A stretch of DNA of 64,000 nt, from the NCBI GenBank assembly GCA_964016885.1, contig OZ024742.1:308264001-308328000 (forward strand), in the 5' to 3' direction. The DNA is from Eledone cirrhosa (lineage: Eukaryota). A program made the position numbers and the translations under genes. The stretch's first letter is position 1; every line of letters starts with the position of its first letter. Under the pieces are notes generated by a model. That model worked only from the letters and a program-made list of their open reading frames with translations, was not told where the DNA came from and ran no database searches. This document shows, piece by piece, positions 44,804-57,948 of the stretch.

Positions 44804-47787
44804 GATAGATAGGCAGATGTATCGTGTCTTCTGGTGTATAAGGTGATATGTTAAGCTTTATCTCCCTCCAACGCTCTAAATATATAATATGAACCATAAA
44901 TCATTTTGTATACGTTAATGTGTTTGCATAGGTAGTGATTGATGGTAGTGGAATTCTTACTTTGGTAACTACCGACAGTAATTTCTACTGAAACAACGTA
45001 ACACATGTTTATAATAAGATAAAAAGGTTTAGTGCAGTAAAAGGGCACCAATAAAATGCATATTCAACGTAAGAAAAAAGTATGAACATACAGAATGGCC
45101 TTCCATCGGTTTTGACGATGCACTTCCCAGATGTTCGCTCAATGAAACAGCCTACTAATGATTGCGAAGCTAACTACGTAACCACTCAGTCTTTTTGTGT
45201 CCATGAATGAAATACAAAAGTAATGTCACCAAGAGATTTACGAAAGCTGAGCAGACGTGCTGTTAACAAGACATCTGCTAGTCATGTGTGCAGTCTGCCA
45301 TTAGATAGCATGTGGTTGTAGTAAAACTTTTATCGACTGGAAATGGCAGTTTAGCATACTGGCCGCTGATTACCAGTGTATGAAGGTTTAACATGCAATC
45401 CATGTGACATCAGGATAACTACAAACTTTTCTTCTAGTGATAGCTACATATGAAGATGAACACCCTCCCATATGTACTAATACTTACTGTAGAAATTCTA
45501 AAGATTCTGTACAGTGTACAAGTAAGGCTTCAGTCGTTTCCTCTACATAGACATACATTGCTTTCTTTGACATGTTAGACACGAAACTCAGAACTACGTT
45601 TTAGGTTCAATGTGTAAGCGGTTTATTTGTAATCTTTATTTATTTATTATATACAACTGATGCCACGGACGAAAGAAAATAACTTCAAGTCAGTTACCAA
45701 CATCTAACAACTGAAGGATTGTACACGCTAAAGGCATCTAAGCGCCAAAAAAGTGGTGCTAAACTGGGAGACAAATGATGTCTACCACACCAAAAGAATA
45801 AATCACAAACAGTCTTCCATACAGTTTCATTCTATCAAATATCATAAATAGAACTTTTATTGACTTGAGACTAAATTAACAAACACTCAGCCAAGCTGCA
45901 GCATGACATTACTAAATCTGACACAACATTGTCTGCGTGGTTTAAAGGTAGGGATCAGATTCAGTATCTGAGATATTCTGAAAATTAATTTTACTTTTTC
46001 CGCCGGGTTTGTTTTGGCCACGTAAATATTTTCGAAATAAATATATTTCCGTGTAAAGACTTTGTATTATATTTATTTTTGGTTCGACTCCTCCATGAGG
46101 TATTTGATATTTATATGCTTAAAATCACTCCTTTTTACTTTTTCTGGATACTTTTGAACCAGGAAGCAAAGAATTACCAGGTGATGTTAAAGTAGTCGGC
46201 ACTTAACGCTGAGAAAAATTGAAGCAGGCACAAATGAATGGAAGGTTCAGAAATTGAAAATAATAGAGAATACAACAGAATGGGACATGGAGTAGAGGAG
46301 ATACCCACTGGTTGGTATAATTACTTATTGGAATAAATAACGGGATGGAAATATAGAATGATTAGGACGTTTTATCTAGAGAAATACAAATAACTAAGTA
46401 GGTTTAGATATGATTAATGTAGTTAACTAAAATATATTAATCTATTTAAATTACAACCAAAATTAGAAGAATAAATTAATTAGATTAAAAATCAACTCTA
46501 ATCAGTAAATGCAGGGAAGGCAGCTTTGAAATTTAATTTAATTAAAATTAATAAAGATTTAGATATCAGTATGCAGTGAGGAATGGCCGAATTTTTAGCT
46601 TGTGCAGTGACATCTCCGCACATTTTTCAGTCACATTTTCGATACTTGGCGACGAATTGTTTTTAATCTTACTAATCAGATCATAGCTAAATGATATGTA
46701 AAATAAATAACAGTTTTGGGCATGATAGCGTAAAAGTATTATTGGGTAAATTAACCAGGTACTGATTTTACATTAAACATAATAACTTAGTGAACTTCAC
46801 CTGTGACGTAATACGGACCCGCGAATAATAGACAAACTGTGCAAACCCCCCTCCATCAACCTGGACAGCTGCTGCTGTTCTCAACATTTTATTACTGATG
46901 ATTAATCTGACAATTTATTGATTTATTTTAGTTTCATTTCATTCCGTAATTACATTGATAATTAGTGCTACAGGCTAATGAGCATTTGGTCGTTGATCTA
47001 AAATATGTGTTGAATTAACAACCAATGACATTATCAAAAGGAAATAGAAAAATAAATAATCTATTTAATACTAAAGATGTGATCACATGTAGATTCGTTT
47101 CTAATTAATTTTTATTTGACACAATCCTGGTAAAAGACAGGTTTATTGCAGTAATTTTATATTCCAAATATTCTAGATAACGTACAGGATTCCGATGGAT
47201 CACAGCGCCAATACATTTAATACAATTTATAGGTGGCATATGATGTAATATTCAAATACGACGCGCATTGGTTTAAGACACAAAGCCATTTTTTTTACTC
47301 TTTAATGAATATGATTAAATTTAATTTTAGTCCAATTCGATAATAACTGTGAATTCATGTTTTTTTTTATTATATAAAAATCATTTAAATATGTTAAATT
47401 CTAAATTGCAATGGATCCCCCTTTAAATGTCATCTAGTAATGTATCTTCCACTTGCGTTAAATTATCTTTTCATATATTTCACTCTGTGTCGAGTATTGG
47501 GATCTTTATTACAGTAAGATTGTGCACCCCAATTCAGAATTTCTGGGACTTGTTATATACTATTTCATAGGGTGAAGTTATTTCGTTGTGGCTAACTCAA
47601 GGGATATCGTTTTTGCATATGTTCGGCGCCCTTATACCTTGCGTCTTAAACATAAATATTTTTATGCTAAATTAATACATCTATCTTTTATACAACATAG
47701 TTCATGAATGTGGGCTACTCACTCACATCGCTGATGCCTTCTTTTCAACTATTCCATTATTGAGACAGATATTCTTGCTTCAATGTA

Positions 47788-48068
47788 GGGACGTAACTAT
47801 GCTGGAAAGCATGTCGTCCGATCCTCTACCGATACTGCCAATCCACCGCCCATTTTCAGTAATAATTGTTTCTACTTTAGGCACAAGGCCAGCAATTACC
47901 CAGTGCATTACTGGTACTTTATTTTATCGACCCCGTAAGGATGAAAGGCAAAGTCAACCTCCCGCCGAGGTTGACTTTGCCTTTCTTCCTTACGGGGTCG
48001 ATAAAATAAAGTACCAGTAATGCACTGGTGAATTGCTGGCCTTGTGCCTAAAGTAGAAACAAGTATTA
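47788..48068. mobile_element. SINE S1 fragments including a fold-back (inverted) pair
   Basis: ~47862-47961 is the reverse complement of ~47966-48068; head fragment at 47788-47851. Confidence 0.85.
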
Positions 48069-48888
48069 CTGAAAACTTTTATGTTTCTATGCTCATATGT
48101 AAGACTTCACTGCAGTTAATAAGATTTCCAGAATTCTTTATTAAACTCTGCCACTCAAACACTACCCAAGCGTCTGCAACTTTCCAATATAAGCTTCGCA
48201 TTTACTATGGAATTTTACTTGAATTTCTAATAAATTGAACTGATCCTGCTAATATACGTGACTAGTGACATGTTAAAGTGGTGGTTTAATGCCTCTTCAA
48301 CCATTTCGTGGTTGGATTGCACAGAAAACAAGGATCACAATACAATATAGATCCGCTGAGAATACTAATAATGATGATCTTAGGAAAAATAGTATTTCCT
48401 TTATTAGCCATCTTGGATATATATTAGATGGGAACTTTGTATCAGAACTTGGTTGTCAAACATTAACAAATCACATCCGTAATTCTAGGAAATATTACGG
48501 GCATATTGCAAATTTTGTGCATGATGATTTTACTCAGAAGAACTGAAGTATAGAATACACTCACTGCTCATTGTTGTTCTGTAAAATACGATCTTATATA
48601 TGAAGCAATAATATGTGCTTGGATAAATATTGGTGCTTTCTGTTATTATGATAATAATTATGTCACTTCTTTCTTTGCCACCTAATTCTATTAGCTTCAT
48701 TATTGCCAAGCCCTTGGTCGTGTTTGTTCCCACCAGTTCTATTTTTTTTATTGTTGTTTTCTTTTTCCATTAACATCACATCTTCTTTGATTCACTACAT
48801 ATATAAATTCTTTTATTGTATTTCAACCATTTATGTGCACACATATATATGTATATACACACACATATATATGTATATGTGTATGTAT

Positions 48889-48935
<47 letters not shown>

Positions 48936-48994
48936 ATGTATATGTATATATATATTTAAATGTGTGTGTGTAATAGAAAAAATGTTTCATACAC

Positions 48995-49670
48995 TTAAAA
49001 AGTATGTACGACCATCGGTCCAGTTATGGCCATTACTGTATATTGGAGGATGCACTTCCAAACTAATCCTTCAAAGGTCAGTTTGCAAGTGCATTGTGGA
49101 GTTATGTCGAACAGCTATTATCGTGTGTGTTACGGATCCGGCTATCGACCGAGTCCGTCGTCAAGATCGCCCCGACGCCTCCTTTTAGTCGAAAAGAGCA
49201 GGCAGTTTTCCTCTACCGCATGGCCGTATCGAAAGAGGTTGTGTGATGGACGAGGCTGTAGAAACTGACAACAGACACGTTTCTCTTCGGCCAAAACCTT
49301 ATCAACCTTTTCTTTTCATGTTTCAGTTGGAACCGAAGGTGGGGATAGAGAGGAATGTGCTGCAGCCAGTACATTTGCTAAAAGGTGCGTGAATGTTGCG
49401 CGGATGGACCCTGTGAATGGACCTACTCTGATCGTTCGCCTGTAAGCAGGCTGATTTGGAGATGAGAGAGGTCCCTTCCGCGTGTGTTTTTGGTGCATCA
49501 GGTTGTTGCCCTTTGGTTGTGCCCCCTATTGGGGAATTTGTATTTGTATAATGCTATTTTCTTTTTATATTGTTTACTCGATATTTCTGCAAACACCCAT
49601 TGTCCGTTTTTTTGTATTGTTCTCTTTATGTCGGTCCTTGTGCCCAATAAAGAAATTATTATTATTATCA
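48995..49670 (+). mobile_element. Probable 3' end of a degenerate L1/Tx1-like LINE
   Basis: Broken frame KEVV*WTRL..GQNLINLF..FAKRCVNVARM, T-rich 3' UTR, AATAAA and (ATT)n tail. The family assignment is from recall only. Confidence 0.45.
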
Positions 49671-49699
49671 TTAACATTATTTACGGCGACGATGATTAT

Positions 49700-49892
49700 G
49701 ATAATTGTTTCTACTTTTGGCACAAGGCCAGCAATTATCCCAGTGTATTACTGGTACTTTATTTTATCAACCCCGTAAGGATGAAAGGCAAAGTAACCTC
49801 GGCGGGATTTGAACTCAGACCATAAAGGGCCGTAACTCTTTGCTGCAAAGCATGGCGTCCGACCCTCTACCGATACTGCCAACCCACCGCCT
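49700..49892 (-). mobile_element. SINE family S1
   Basis: A/B boxes and core; GATTATGATAAT duplicated on both sides. Confidence 0.9.
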
Positions 49893-50438
49893 ATTGATTA
49901 TGATAATGATAGTAAATCCACCGACGATGATTATGATAATGATAGTAAATATTAGTAATATATATATATATATATATTGAAGAATAGTACCTCATGAGGA
50001 AAAACATTAATAGCAACACGAACAACAACTGCATCAATGACGAACACATCCAGAAATACAGGCGAGAAACGTGGTATTAATTTGAAGATTACGAAAATAG
50101 AACTGATTATGTTTTTTATACTTACATATTGCTTATATTTCGATAAACACAGTCCGTCTATATGCCAAAGTTGAGGAAAGCGTGTAAAGATTACTTTATC
50201 TCATTACAATTATCACGCAGTTTTTCAACGTAAGGGAGCGGCAAAATCCGACATAACAATAATCCTAATTGAAATATCACCTGAAGTGATATCCTCCTAC
50301 CCCGAAACCTATATGTAAGTATATATATGTATGTGTGTGTGTGTGTGTGTGTGCGTGTGTGTGTATTATATATATATGTATATCTACCCAGACGAATATA
50401 TATACACATATATATACATATATGTATATATATACGTG

Positions 50439-50475
<37 letters not shown>

Positions 50476-50480
50476 GCAAG

Positions 50481-50525
<45 letters not shown>

Positions 50526-50651
50526 GGTCGTTTTGGAAGGCTCAACAAAACGACCATTATTATTATTCCACAATGCTTCAAGCAAACTTCAACACTCTCT
50601 TATATATGTATATATATATATACATATACATATATATATATATACATGTGT

Positions 50652-50750
<99 letters not shown>

Positions 50751-51415
50751 GGCACTAATAATTCATGAATTGCTGAGTGAAACGTTTACACATTTACCTA
50801 GAACAGGGATTCAGTAGTCCAAATGTAAGTATTGTTATATATGAGTTTGATTTATGATACTGAACAACGTTATTTTATCAGTATTTTTGTAGTAAGTTTT
50901 TTGTTTTAACCCCTTCTTTCATGTATAATCTCTTCCATTTACTAAGCTCATAACTGTCTATTTTCTGAACAGAATTGATGTAAAATCTACTAAATCTGCG
51001 TATTTATTGGATACATCTCAAAGAAATTCGATAATATTTCAAATAAATTTAATCAGCACCAAAAAGTAGACAAAATCAATATGTTATGTGTTCAGCTAGT
51101 TTTTGTGATTGCTATGGATGAGTATTTAATCGTACAATGTCCTTTTCCTACATATCAAAACGTGCGGAATTTAATTATAAACTTGCGAAAAAGTTGGTTT
51201 ATATTTTCCAATCCATCTTAGTTTTATAATGAACATAGTATAGTTTATGTGTCAGCGGAATTTTCCACATTTCACTATGTTCCAAAATATTTCTCTACCT
51301 TTCTCTCAATTCATACACAATCACGTGTAAATACATACCAGTGCATATACACATAGATATTTATTTACGGGAAAACACGATAATATAAGACGCACGCACA
51401 CACACATATACATAC

Positions 51416-51471
<56 letters not shown>

Positions 51472-51500
51472 TAATGTATTTGTGTGTGTGTATTTGTATA

Positions 51501-51544
<44 letters not shown>

Positions 51545-51546
<2 letters not shown>

Positions 51547-51688
51547 TGTTCAAGAACCCGACGCCAGAGCTCAAGACGTTTCGACGGCTATTTCGACAGA
51601 AATGTTCCCATTACCCACTCTAGTACCCTAAGTATTGAGTACTCTGGTGCGTTAGAATCCACGTGGCTCCTTACCACAGCTCCTTCGT

Positions 51689-51690
<2 letters not shown>
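51545..51690. repeat. Short TA-flanked element related to 59078-59315
   Basis: Shared CCGACG.CAGAGCTCAAG.CGTTTCGACGGCT and CCCTAAGTATTGAGTACTCTGGTG. Confidence 0.7.
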
Positions 51691-51721
<31 letters not shown>

Positions 51722-51742
51722 AAGATATATATATATTATTAT

Positions 51743-51782
<40 letters not shown>

Positions 51783-51788
<6 letters not shown>

Positions 51789-52313
51789 AAGTTAAATAAA
51801 AGTCAAATGATTAAAATTTAGCTTCGTTTATTACTGCTATATATATTTCAGTGACAGCCATCTTTGGCTGTGACCTCTTCAGGCAGTTTGAATTAGTATG
51901 GTATAGACAAGTACATATGTTGTTTAGGTGTATGATATTGTCAATACTCTGATATGCCCAGTTCCTTGTTGGGTTGTTAATTCACTGTGGAACTGGAGTC
52001 ATATGACTCCAGTTCCCCAGTGAATTAACAACCCAACAAGGAACTGGGCATATCAGAGTATTGAAAATATCATACACCTAAACAACATATGTACTTGTCT
52101 ATACCATACTAATTCAAACTGCCTGAAGAGGTCACAGCCAAAGATGGCTGTCACTGAAATATATATAGCAGTAATAAACGAAGCTAAATTTTAATCATTT
52201 GACTTTTATTTAACTTTATTTTACACTACTCCGGAGTAACCAAACCAACCTGCGCACTTCGTCGAGTGCTCCAGCCTGCATACTGAGGTGTTGGTATACA
52301 ACCAACATAAACT

Positions 52314-52316
<3 letters not shown>
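51783..52316. mobile_element. Palindromic fold-back element (~220-bp arms) plus tail, with an HHR in each arm
   Basis: Centre GAGTCATATGACTC at ~52002; TA flanks. Confidence 0.88.
52118..52172 (+). ncRNA. Type I hammerhead ribozyme (mirror copy 51833-51887 on minus)
   Basis: ACTGC-CTGAAGA-GGTCACAGCCA AAGA TGGCTGTCACT-GAAAT-ATAT-ATA-GCAGT. Confidence 0.85.
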
Positions 52317-52405
<89 letters not shown>

Positions 52406-52492
52406 GTACCTTTATCCCGGGTTCAATTGGGGATAACCACAGTAAGTAAGGTACTCAGTACATAGCAGAGTATAAATATCTAATATAGAAAT

Positions 52493-52543
52493 GGCTTCTA
52501 CAGGAATAGAACTGTTTCATTCGGGAGAAATCATCAGGAAGCC
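52493..52543 (-). ncRNA. Type I hammerhead ribozyme with full stem III
   Basis: GGCTTC-CTGATGA-TTTC TCCC GAAT-GAAA-CAG TTCTATTC CTG-TA-GAAGCC. Its downstream tail (52410-52487) is paralogous to 43920-43995. Confidence 0.8.
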
Positions 52544-52558
52544 CATCATATATATATA

Positions 52559-52646
<88 letters not shown>

Positions 52647-53218
52647 TGTGTGTCTTCACACTCGTCTAAGCACCTGGAGATATAGTTAATACTGGGCCTT
52701 GAAACTTTGCTGGCGCTTTTGTTCCGTGTATAATCATTAATAAATAATATATTAAATTACACCGTGTAATCTGTTCCTGGCTTGTGTACTCCTGTACTTT
52801 TTTGTGTTGCTTAGGTTCCAAATAAATAAGAAAAAAAGTGCTATTAAACAGTTAAAAGTTTGGGTTTGTAAAAATTCTAAGCTATTCACTAGAATTATTT
52901 CTATGCTAGATTTTACGTTGTATGTAAGTTTAATCTGCTTATGTTAAATGATTTTTTTATATATGTTTCAGGTTAAATTTAAATTATAAAATAAAGAGTA
53001 ATACCTAAAGAAAATTATAAAAGTACAATAAAGTATACAATTGCTAAAAAGTGGATTAAAGAGATTTATTGATACTGGATTTTCGCACCCATAATAAGGG
53101 TAAGTTGTGTTTTAAGCACGAATTTTCATTAGTATGATTAGTATTCTTTTATATTATTTAAATATGTATTTCCCTTTCCAATATTTATTTTGTATTGCAT
53201 ATCAAATTTATTTTCCAG

Positions 53219-54432
53219 GACAAGTATTCTGATGAAGAGGAGGAGATGGATGCTGTGGACTTGGATTACCTGCCTGAGGTACCAGAAAAAGTTCCTCACT
53301 TCCCAAACCAAAAAGAAGTCAATGACTTGGTCAGGGATATGGGTCTGACCAAGTCCAATACAGAGCTATTCGTCTCCAGGATGAAGCAGTGGAACTTGGT
53401 CAAGGAGGAAGTGCAGGTGACAAGTCAGAGAAGTCGACACGAACCTTTCTCAGGCTTTTACACTCTTAGGGGTGGCCTCTGCTTCTGCCATGACGTGCCA
53501 GGACTGTTTGACGTTATTGGGGTGCCGTATGTGGCCAAGGAGTGGCGGCTATTTATAGACAGCTCCACCACAAGTTTGAAGGCTGTACTCCTCCACAATG
53601 GAAACAAGTTCCAGACACTGCCCCTAGCTCATTCAGTCTGCCTGAAGGAAGATCACTAGTGTGAAAGTCCTGTTGGAAGCTCTGCAATACAACCAGTACA
53701 ATCGGGAAATCATTGGAGACTTCAAGATGGTGGCTTTCCTGTTTGGACTCCAAGGAGGCTTTATCAAATTCCAATGCTTCCTCTGCCTTTGGGACAGCAG
53801 AGCCACTACAAAAGAAAGAACTGGGAGCAGCGAACAGAATTTGTAGTTGGGACCCGGAACGTCATGTGGGAACCACTGGTTGATCCCAGGATTGTGCTTA
53901 TGCCGCCACTGCACATTAAGTTGGGGTTAATGAAGGCTCTCAACGAAGAATCAGCCGCTTTTAAGTACCTTCTTGAGTTCTTCCCCAAGTTATCTGAGGC
54001 CAAAGTCAAAGGGGGAATTTTTGTTGGACCTCAGATAAAGGTATTTGAGTCTACTGAGTTCTACAATAAGCTCAATTGGATTGAGAGAACAGCATAGAAC
54101 TGTTTCAAGGTAGTTGTTAAGGGCTTCCTGGGAAACTACAGAGCTGAACACTACCAGCAACTGGTGCAGGATCTGATAAAGGCTTTTGGCGCCATGGGAT
54201 GCATGATGTCGCTTAAACTCTATATGCTGGACGCTCACCTGGAAAATTTCAAGGACAATATGGGCGCCTACTCAGAAGAACAAGGCGAACGATTCCACCA
54301 AGATGTGAAAGAGACAGATTGGAGGTACCAGACCCATTACAATGAAAAAATGATGGGGACTATATCTGGGGGCTAGTGCGGGAATGCGACCTGGACTACA
54401 GCCGCAAATCCAGGAAATCCAGTCATTTCTGA
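53219..54432 (+). pseudogene. Chapaev3-like transposase exon with frameshifts and stops
   Basis: Four ORF pieces in sequence; preceded by a GTAAGT (53100)...TTTTCCAG (53218) intron-like segment. Confidence 0.85.
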
Positions 54433-54639
54433 CGTGTATAAGTTGATTTATAAGTGTTATTTGTGTTTACTTGTTTGCTTTTGATAAGCTTGTGTAATAA
54501 AATAAATATATACTCTGTTGATTTAATTATATGAACTGAAAAATGTTTAAAACAATTTTTTTTTTCTTGAAAAATATGAAAATTTCGAAATATCAAACTC
54601 CAAACCCAAACCTCTGATTAAATAATAGTGTTTTTTTAT

Positions 54640-54827
54640 AATAATTGTTTCTACTTTTGGCACAAGGCCAGCAATTACCCAGTACATTACTGGTACTTTA
54701 TTTTATCGACCCCGTAAGGATGAAAGGCAAAGTTAACCTCGGCGGGATTTGAACACATACCGTAAAGGGACGTAACTATGCTGGAAAGCATGGCGTCCGA
54801 CTCTCTACTGATACTGCCAATCCACCG
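54640..54827 (-). mobile_element. SINE S1 nested in the Chapaev element
   Basis: Full SINE with TTTTTTATAATAAT on both sides. Confidence 0.9.
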
Positions 54828-55794
54828 TTTTTTTATAATAATGGGATATAACAAACCATGAAATGACACTTAGAACCGGGGAACAAAAAATATGTTACAC
54901 GGTGTTATGTGTATTTTGAACAATGAAAGTAAAACAAAATCAGATGTAGGTTGTTAAGAGTATTTTATTGTTTTACGATCGATTCTGAGGGGTGATTGAT
55001 CACGAAAACTTGAATAATCGAACACTAGATACTGATTACTTCACCACCGAGTTTTACTACTAATATTCGAAATTAATCACTCCTTCTTCCTCCGAACCAC
55101 GTGAAAGGCGGAGTTATTGACCTTGAATATCAGCACTGGAAAGTTCGTTTCGCAATCATTAGATCCCACAGTATGGTATATTGATGAAATGTCATTTACT
55201 ATAACCGTGTTGGTGAAACTAAGTAGACGAAACTGTTTGGAAGACCATCAGATTGAGACTGCCTGTAATTCAGAATGTCAGCTTTGTCACAAATATCTTC
55301 ACTTGAATCTCTCTCAGAGTGACATTAATAGTTCATATGTCTGTGGAATGCTCAGTCACTTACGCGTTGATCTAACAACAGGAACACTAATCGTCAGAAC
55401 CAGGAGAAGTCCAACATCCTAGTATATACCATACAACTATAGCATATATGTGTATCTTTATATTATGCAGAAGCCTTTGGGGAAAAGTTCCACCAGTATA
55501 AATCATGTTCAAATGTTTGAAAGTTCTGAAACTGATAGTAATTTGTTTATATTTCTTCCGGTGAAATATTTCCTACACGTTTTATTGTATATTCTTTTAA
55601 CTACAACCATACCAAAGAGAAAGGCAGACGCTCATTGGGTTATTGTGGTTACTGATGCTTCTCACATCTGTAGTGTTTCCACTCTATAACATAATCAACG
55701 TTTTCGGTTCCAAACAAACTGTAGTAAATTATTTATTTGAAATCCAAGCTTCCCAAATCGTTTCCTATTATTCAGTAGAATCTTTCAAAAAAGG

Positions 55795-56440
55795 ATTTCT
55801 AATTTAGGCACAAGGGCAACAATTTGTGTGGAGAGGAAATGTCATTACATCCACCCCGGTACGTGACTGGTACATTATTTTATCGACCCCGAAAGGATGA
55901 AATTTAAGGTAGACCTTTGCGGGATTTGAACTCAGGACGTAATGATCCGAAATAAATGCCGCAAAGTATTTTCTCCGACACTCTAACGATTCTGCCAATC
56001 CACTTCCCTTGCTGTAATAAATAATTGTTCCTGATTTAGGCATAAGGCCAGCAATTTGAAGCGGAGGGAAAAGTCGATTAAATCTACCCCAGGGCATTAC
56101 TGGTGCTTTATTTTATCGACCCCGAAAGGATGAAAGGCAAAGTAGACCTTGGTGAGATTTGAACTCAGGCTGTAAAGTGCCGGAATAAATGCTGCAATCC
56201 ATTTTCTCCGGCACTCTAATGATTCTGCTAATCCACCACCCTATCTCTCAAATAATTGTTTCTACTTTTGGCACAAAGCCAGCAAATTATCCAGTGTATT
56301 ACTGGTACTTTATTTTATCGACCCCGTAAGGATGAAAGGCAAAGTTAACCTCGGCAAGATTTGAACTCAGACCGTAAAGGGGCGTAACTCTATGCTTCAA
56401 AGCATGGTGTCCGACTCTCTACCGATACTGCCAATCCACA
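55795..56440 (-). mobile_element. Three head-to-tail SINE S1 copies of differing subtypes
   Basis: Copies at ~55795-56005, 56020-56240 and 56250-56440; TCTCTCAAATAAT flanks the third. Confidence 0.9.
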
Positions 56441-56897
56441 GTGTCTCTCAAATAATAGCAAACATTAAGTAAAAATTATTTCGATTATGATACTAATCCA
56501 ACTAGTAACCATAACCAGATATTGAGGACAATGGGAGCATGAATCTCGGCTTCTTACTAACAGGGTTTTCATTGTAATTTCATTTAATTGGATATTTGTA
56601 TTTAAAGTGGTGGGTTTTTTTTCTTTCGACTAGTTTAGCATTTTTGTATTTAATTGCTTGGTGGGGTTGTTTGTGGAAACATTATCTATGGTGTAGCGTC
56701 TCTCTGATACTATGGGGAGTAGGATCCTCCTGAATATAGCATGGTACAGAAAGTAAGTGTTGATATAGAAACAACACTGCCGTGATATTTGGAAGGCAAG
56801 TAGACACTGTTTTAAGAACCGGTGGTTTATACACACATATTGATGCATACAAACACAGAAACACACACACACAGACACACGCACACACACACGTACA

Positions 56898-56955
<58 letters not shown>

Positions 56956-56984
56956 GTTGGTGTATGACTGCAACTAAATACGTC

Positions 56985-57160
56985 CGTAGGCGGTATACCG
57001 TTTGAGCAGTCGATGCTCGCGCAGAGACGGCCATTTCCATTCTGAGTTCAAATCCCGCCGTGGTTAACTTTGTCATTCATCCTTTCGGGGTCGATAAAAT
57101 AAAGCACCAGTAATGCACTGGGTATTTGCTGGCTTTGTGCCAAAAGTAGAAACAATTATT
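56985..57160 (+). mobile_element. SINE S1 variant (alternative 5' end CGTCCGTAGGCGGTATAC, also at 59411)
   Basis: B box GAGTTCAAATCC, core and tail. Confidence 0.8.
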
Positions 57161-57403
57161 ATAGATAACGAGGAATCAGTGATGCATCAAAACACAATTT
57201 ATTAACATATTACATATGTTTCTCCGACGATCAGCTCAAGGCAGGATCTGTTACAGATCGAACCTGTTTTGCGTTTTCAAAACATTCCATCCTATTGAAA
57301 CCACTCCACTCCAGATCCTGCCTTGAGCTGATCATCGGAGAAACATATGTAATATGTTAATAAATTGTGATTTGGTGCATCACTGATTCCTCGTTATCTA
57401 TAA
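57160..57403. mobile_element. Fold-back pLTR fragment with HHR 3' half (GAAACATATGTA); family of 59660-59800
   Basis: ~57160-57250 is inverted relative to ~57312-57403. Confidence 0.75.
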
Positions 57404-57627
57404 TACATATATATATATATATACATGTAGATAAATCTACCAAAAGTTTACGGTAGTGTCCAATCCGTATGAAGAACTCAATGTAATCCGGATATCATGA
57501 AAAGAAGAGATGCATTCAAAAATCATTTTCGGTGAAAGATAAACGGAATACAGAGTCAAGATAAAATATTAAAAAAATAATGAATAAACAAAGAAACAGT
57601 TCCTTATATTAAACAAAAAAAGTTCAT

Positions 57628-57760
57628 TATTTTACGATCGTTTCTAGGACATATATGTGTTAGAATTGGTATGCATATTCAAAAGATCTATGTACAAAAT
57701 TATACAAACTATCAAATAGAATATACATACCTTCACATATATATGCTGTCTTCAGAAATA
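57628..57760 (-). ncRNA. Type I hammerhead ribozyme with ~105-nt stem II extension
   Basis: TATTT-CTGAAGA-CAGCATATATATGTG...ACACATATATGTCCTA-GAAAC-GATC-GTA-AAATA. Confidence 0.7.
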
Positions 57761-57776
57761 AAATATATACATATAT

Positions 57777-57829
<53 letters not shown>

Positions 57830-57832
<3 letters not shown>

Positions 57833-57948
57833 AAGTCCAAAATTAAGATAAACTCTCAGGATATATGGCGCATGCATTATGTCATAACACCCATGATTTC
57901 GATTTAGATTAAATTCATTTAATTCATTTATCTTAGTTTGGACTTAGA
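57830..57948. repeat. ~120-bp element with ~22-bp terminal inverted repeats in (TA)n (MITE-like)
   Basis: TCTAAGTCCAAAATTAAGATAAA ... TTTATCTTAGTTTGGACTTAGA. Confidence 0.65.

Larger units (their letters stand above)
52760..54904 (+). mobile_element. Chapaev3-type (CMC superfamily) DNA transposon, internally deleted, with pseudogenised transposase
   Basis: TIRs CACCGTGTAA / TTACACGGTG, TTA on both sides (3-bp TWA TSD). Transposase motifs NDLVRDMGL, WRLFIDSS..SLKAVLLHNGN, GDFKMV..LQGG..CFLCLWDSRA, PPLHIKLGLMK, SEEQGERFHQD. Confidence 0.88.

Noticed and set aside
49128-49680. Solo LTR (TGTTACGG... start)
   Set aside because: No matching TSD or clear terminal inverted end; a LINE 3' end with poly(A) signal fits better.
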